From the human T2T-CHM13v2.0 reference genome, Homo sapiens: 64,000 bases of DNA. The notes under the pieces were generated by a model. That model was given only the letters and a program-made list of their open reading frames with translations. It had not been told where the DNA came from and searched no databases. The DNA is taken from NCBI RefSeq assembly GCF_009914755.1, contig NC_060934.1; one strand, 5' to 3'. Made by a program: the position numbers and the translations under genes. Shown here one piece after another: positions 60,220 to 64,000 of the stretch (the stretch's first letter is position 1; each line of letters starts with the position of its first letter).

Positions 60220-61899
60220 TTAGAGTATTCTGAATTTGTCTTTGTTCTTACCTTTTCCACTGAATTTCATGCTTTCAGATGTTTTCTTGTTATATGTTAG
60301 CAGCCTTTACTTTCAGATTGATAAAATCTCTTCAGCATTTTTTTTTGTAAAATCTCTTCAGCATTCATCTGGTGATGATGAATTTACTCAGCTTTTGTTT
60401 GTCTGGGAAAGTCTTTATTTCTCCTCCATATTGAAGGATATCTTTCCTGTATGCAGTATTCTAGGTTGGAAGTTTTTTCCCTTTAGCACTTTTAATATGC
60501 TATCTTGCTCATTCTGGTCTATAAACTCCCCACTGAGAAGGCTGCTGCCAGAAATATCAGAGCTCCTTTATATGTTATTTACTTTTTTCTTCTTGTTGCT
60601 TCTAGGATGATTCTTTCATCTTTGACCTTTGATAGTTTGATTATTATATGTCTTGTGGTAGTCTTATTTCAGTTGAATCTTCTTGATGTTCTTTCACCTT
60701 CTTTACCTAAATGTTCGTATCTTTTTCTAGGTTTGAAAAGTTCTCTTATTACTTTCTTTGAATAAACTTTCTACCCCGGTCTTTTTCTTTGTATCCTCTT
60801 TAAGACCAGTGACTCTTAGATTTTCCCTTTTGAGGCTCTTTTTTAGATCCTGTAATCATATTTTATTCTTTTTTATTCTTTTAAATCTATTTTCATATAG
60901 TATGTCTTGAACTAAATATTTCCGTTTTTGCTTGATCAATTTTGTTTTTGAGAGATTCTGATGAATTTTTCAGTCAGTTGACTTTTTCAGCTCGAGTGAT
61001 TTTTTATTGTTTATTTCAGTGTCTTTGTTAAATTTCTCTGTTTTATCTTGAAATGCATCATGTTTTCTCAAAACAGGTGTATTGAATTCTTTGTCTGAGA
61101 ATATATGTATCTGCCACTCTAGAATTGGTCATGGGTGCCTCATTTACTCCGTGTGATGAGGTAATGTTTTCCTGAATGCTCTTGATGCTTGTGGACATTT
61201 GATGATATATGAGCGTTAAAAATTTAGGTATTTGTTCCAGTCTTTCCAGTCTGGCATTGTTTATACCTGTCCTTGAGAAAGTTTTCTGAGAATTCAAATG
61301 GGATTGAGTGTTAAATTACTTATTTCTGTGGTCCTTGCAGTTGTTTTAGCACTAGAGGGAGCCCTAAGCCCAGGTATGCTGTACTCTTGCAGACTCTAGG
61401 TACATAGCCTGGGTAGACTTCTGAAAGTGAAGGGAGAATTCCTTTTGTTACCAGGCAAAGTCCCTTTCTGTCTTTTCCAGAAGCATAAGGAGCCCTTCTC
61501 TACCCTGAACTGTCTGGAGTTGGGGAACGGGTGGCATGGGCACTTTTTATGTACATATTTGTTTATCCAATTATTTGTAAAACAAAAGATGTACTATAAG
61601 AAAAATATGTCTTCAAATCATGAAATATACAGACATTAAAAAAAATTCCAATCCTATATAACTAATAGTTTCCTCCATTTAGGTCTTACTCTTTTGGGTT
61701 AAGTTTATTGCAAGGTGCTTAATGGGTTTTGTTGGTATTATGAATACATTTTTTTCCTTTAATATTACATTTGTAATTGGTAATGTCTGTTTTTATATCT
61801 GTTATGTTTTTAGTTCATTTTGTTGATCTTTTTATAGGTTTTTGAATAGTAGGCTTATCTGATTTTCTTAATTTCTCTCTATATTTTAAGTTTTTAACA

Positions 61900-62700
61900 G
61901 TGATAAACTTTAATTTTTCAGTTTTGGGGAAAAAAGAGTTCTTTCAACATAATGACAGTTCTATTTTTACCTTATGTTTCTCTTTTTGGCATACTGTGAC
62001 TATCTGTTCATAGCAGACTTTTACAGACGTGTTTAATACTTTAATACACACACTAGGATGTGACCCAAACATTCTCTGAGACTCAAGGGTAGTAAAAAGG
62101 AAGATGAATTACCTTTTTTTCTCTCTTCTAAGATGAGGAAATTTTTCATTTTAAACCATTCTCACACATTGTAGATTATTCAGAGAAGCAGAAAATTTAT
62201 TACCAAATGAGGTTGAGCATTTCTTAAAATAAGTGTAGGAAGCTTAATTCTCTCAAACTAGGAACATTGAAAAATCTCAAGCTGCAGATACATGAAAATA
62301 GCTTGAGATGGAAATATTGGTTCTATTTATTCTTTTGACACAACAATGTTAAAAGTTTGTATTCTCTCAGTACATACTACGTTCTGTGTTGCACAGGAAA
62401 GCCAACTTGAGATTTTGAATATTCCAAAGAGAGGCCATCCTTTTGAGCTGTTTTCATTCTTTTTGTTTTCATAAAAGGAATTTCAAAGGTGAGGAGAACT
62501 GAGGCTATGAAAACTGTTTGGCCCTGATGTCAGATATTTTAGCATGCCTTCATTATGGGTTACTGGAATATGCAGTTTATTACTTATTTCTGTTAGATGC
62601 TTTTAAAAAGAACTATCTGTGGGCTAATTCCCAAAGTTCCCCTGGGGAACTTTGCCATGGCTTTATCAAACCTACTCCCTTCCTCAGGATCTCTTCTTCT
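61900..62700 (-). pseudogene. Third EBLN (degenerate)
   Basis: KFPRGTL~KLPGKFL; FHSLS (62512-62498)~FHTVT; ISSYF/FSCICSL (62309-62278)~ISSIFSHCCSL; TTLES (62093-62079)~TTDFES; YEQIVT (62012-61995)~YAQMTT. Confidence 0.6.
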
Positions 62701-62959
62701 AATTTTTATTTGTACAAAGTTTTATGTTCTACCTCTTCAAACTTTGACTAAGCATTACTTCAACTTTTGCTATTTGAATAGTGATTTTTAGGCCCTTAGA
62801 TCTGATGTTATAGAATATCTTCACCTCTGGTTTACAAGTTTTTGACAATGAAGTGTGTCATTTACTTGCTTTCTTTTCAGGAACAAGTGGACTAATATAT
62901 CTCTATGTAATTTTGAAAACTATTCAATAGTTTCAGTTCTGTAGGTAGAATACTATTTA

Positions 62960-63420
62960 TTTGGGGCCAGAGAGAAACTATTATTTTGTCTAAGGGTTCA
63001 ATATTTCTCTTTAATTTTATTTGATGTGATGCTTAGCCCCTATAATGTATTGCTTGAGGTTTGCATTACAAGAATATGGCACTATTTGGTTTTTTAAAAA
63101 GTGATATAAGATGTTATGATTGAACTTAATAATAAAAATGGTTCTTATGCCAACTCACAAGTGTTGTAGAATTCCTACTGGCTTGAAATGACAGGCCTAG
63201 GGTGAAGAAAAGATAAATTTAAAGTGGGGCATAGTTCTACTTATATTCTAATACGTATAAAACATTTATTTAGTACAGTTCAGAAGATTATAGGTTAACC
63301 TAAGAAACTTTAAACATACTTTTGGTTTTATTCTGATATTTGTACAATTTTTTCAAAAGGCAAAACCAAACTAAATTCCAATTTGGACACACACTTTTGC
63401 ATTGCTCAAATAGTGCATGA
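62960..63420 (-). pseudogene. Weak candidate EBLG fragment (around the GP-C N-terminus)
   Basis: LEY/ELCPTL (63237-63220)~IEYLVHKLRPTL; ILQHL*VGI (63172-63146)~ILQSLLLGV. AT-rich, few anchors. Confidence 0.35.
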
Positions 63421-63884
63421 ATACTAATTAGTGATGGTGGAGAAGTTAATTATATTTTAGTCATGCCTACAGCAGGTGTAGGAAAGCTTCAGCATAAATA
63501 TTGTTTATAAATATTTCATAAACACATTAAAATCCTCCTTAATATATTATTTAGGAAGAAGTGCCTTTCTCTCAAAGACCCATTTTTATATGCCATAGGA
63601 CATGGATCCAAATATTTACTTTTCTCTTAGTTACACATACTTTTATCTATATCTTTTATCTTACCTTTACTTTATGGCCAATTTATTGATTTTATAGTAA
63701 TAATTTATGTTTTTAGGCTTTAAAGGAAGTATATAAACATTTAATTATATATTTGCTTAACAGTACAGCCTATTTTATTAGGCAATTTAAAATTTTTAAC
63801 TTTCTGCTGAACATTTCCAAAGTCCCACTACTATACAAATTAATTAGTTAAGAAATGGAATTCATTGTCGTTATTATTTTAAAT

Positions 63885-64000
63885 ATATTCTCTCTCCATC
63901 CCTATCTTAGTTAATGATACTATCACTCTTTTAGGCTCAATTTCAAAAGCATCTTCTTATTCCATCTTTTCCCTCTGCCAGTATATTCAATTCCAAACTG
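63885..64000 (+). mobile_element. L2 fragment
   Basis: CCCTATCTTAGTTAATGATACTATCAC pattern. Confidence 0.45.

Overview
Primate (human-like) genomic DNA, AT-rich and repeat-dense, from inside ATRNL1 (attractin-like 1, + strand). Four GT-AG coding exons (6023-6236, 7844-8032, 21510-21728, 40269-40406) join in frame to give C-type lectin, PSI, PSI and laminin-EGF domains. Most of the window is L1 (old L1M/L1MA/L1PB, L1PA8, one young L1PA2/3), Alu, MIR/L2, MER DNA transposons and an ERV1 solo LTR. The unexpected signal lies between those repeats. Many of the non-repeat intronic stretches, translated on the minus strand, give frameshifted, stop-ridden but correctly ordered motif matches to bornavirus proteins: N (three candidate copies), P, M (two), G (four to five pieces) and L (two, one including RdRp motif A and a decayed GDNQ region). 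All lie antisense to ATRNL1, across most of the introns in the window. This looks like a dense, very old cluster of endogenous bornavirus-like elements (EBLs). The matches were made by eye against BoDV-1 sequences recalled from memory, have no E-values, and need frameshift-aware searches to confirm. Repeat subfamily calls and most repeat boundaries are approximate.
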